Of a DNA stretch of 64,000 bases, positions 63,463 to 64,000 are shown piece after piece. The notes under the pieces were generated by a model. It was not told the origin of the DNA, ran no database searches, and saw only the letters and a program-made list of their open reading frames with translations. Position 1 is the stretch's first letter; the number at the start of each line of letters is the position of its first letter. The position numbers and the translations under genes were made by a program. The DNA comes from Amphiscolops sp. MND2022 (Eukaryota). Location of the stretch: NCBI GenBank assembly GCA_964187785.1, contig OZ076409.1:3288001-3352000 (forward strand). Reading direction: 5' to 3'.

Positions 63463-63803
63463 CTAATAATTTCTGGAAGCAGCAGCGTTGGGATATTTAG
63501 TAAGGACGTATGAGGGAAGCAGGATGGTATGACATGGTGGTATGGGAGTTAGGAAAAACAATAAACATGCTCGGTTGGAATTTGGGAGCAGTCATAAGTG
63601 CTGGATGAGTTGGAATGTTGTTGTGTTGTGCTGTCCTGTTATTTATATTGAGCAGAATCGGCCTTTGTTGACAGTCAATGAAGCGAGGAGTCGTGCAAAC
63701 GCACCAACAAAGCACCCAAAGAGGAGAGATCAATTGAGCACAAGCAAATAAAAAGATAAAAGCAGCAGCCAAAACCACTACTACCTACACCACAACTGCT
63801 GAT

Positions 63804-64000
63804 AACAAGCCGGGAACGGCCCAAGTCGGCGCCATATACAAGGCTCAAAAATAGCAAAAGGACTTCAAAATTTCCAAGTATTGGTGAATTGGGACTACTT
63901 TTATGAAAAAAAAAAATTGAAAAAGTCTCACAATGCCGAAAAAACTGAAAGGGGACCTTTTGGAATTTTCAACATCCATTCTGTCGCAAAACTCAAAAAA
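63804..64000 (-). mobile_element. HINE-A copy running off the window edge
   Basis: aacaagccgggaacggcccaagtcggcgcc start followed by core modules. Confidence 0.75.

Overview
AT-rich, extremely repeat-dense animal (invertebrate-type) genomic DNA; nothing prokaryotic and no CRISPR. The one host gene I can support is a presynaptic active-zone scaffold of the RIM/UNC-10 family on the minus strand. Twelve GT-AG exons between 30019 and 1315 splice in consistent phase into an open 2670-nt (890-codon) frame: end of the N-terminal zinc finger, a low-complexity linker, the RIM 'SSSEE...ESES' motif, a PDZ domain with a long loop insertion, and the approach to C2A. The gene continues beyond the left edge, and its 5' exons were not found, so 30-64 kb is probably mostly one large intron. 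The introns are almost entirely transposon-derived. They hold three families of Helentron/DINE-1-like non-autonomous rolling-circle elements (HINE-like; dozens of copies, tandem and nested, some carrying tRNA-like Pol III cassettes), many hAT-like (8-bp TSD), Mutator-like (9-bp TSD), Tc1/pogo-like, piggyBac-like and Kolobok-like MITEs, a 5'-truncated RTE-type LINE with a 12-bp TSD, a CR1/L2-type RT fragment, a CORE-like SINE, and a ~3.69-kb tandem segmental duplication at 40-52 kb. Most short ORFs in the supplied track are repeat artefacts. All calls were read by eye; family names rest on structural hallmarks and remembered motifs, not on database searches.
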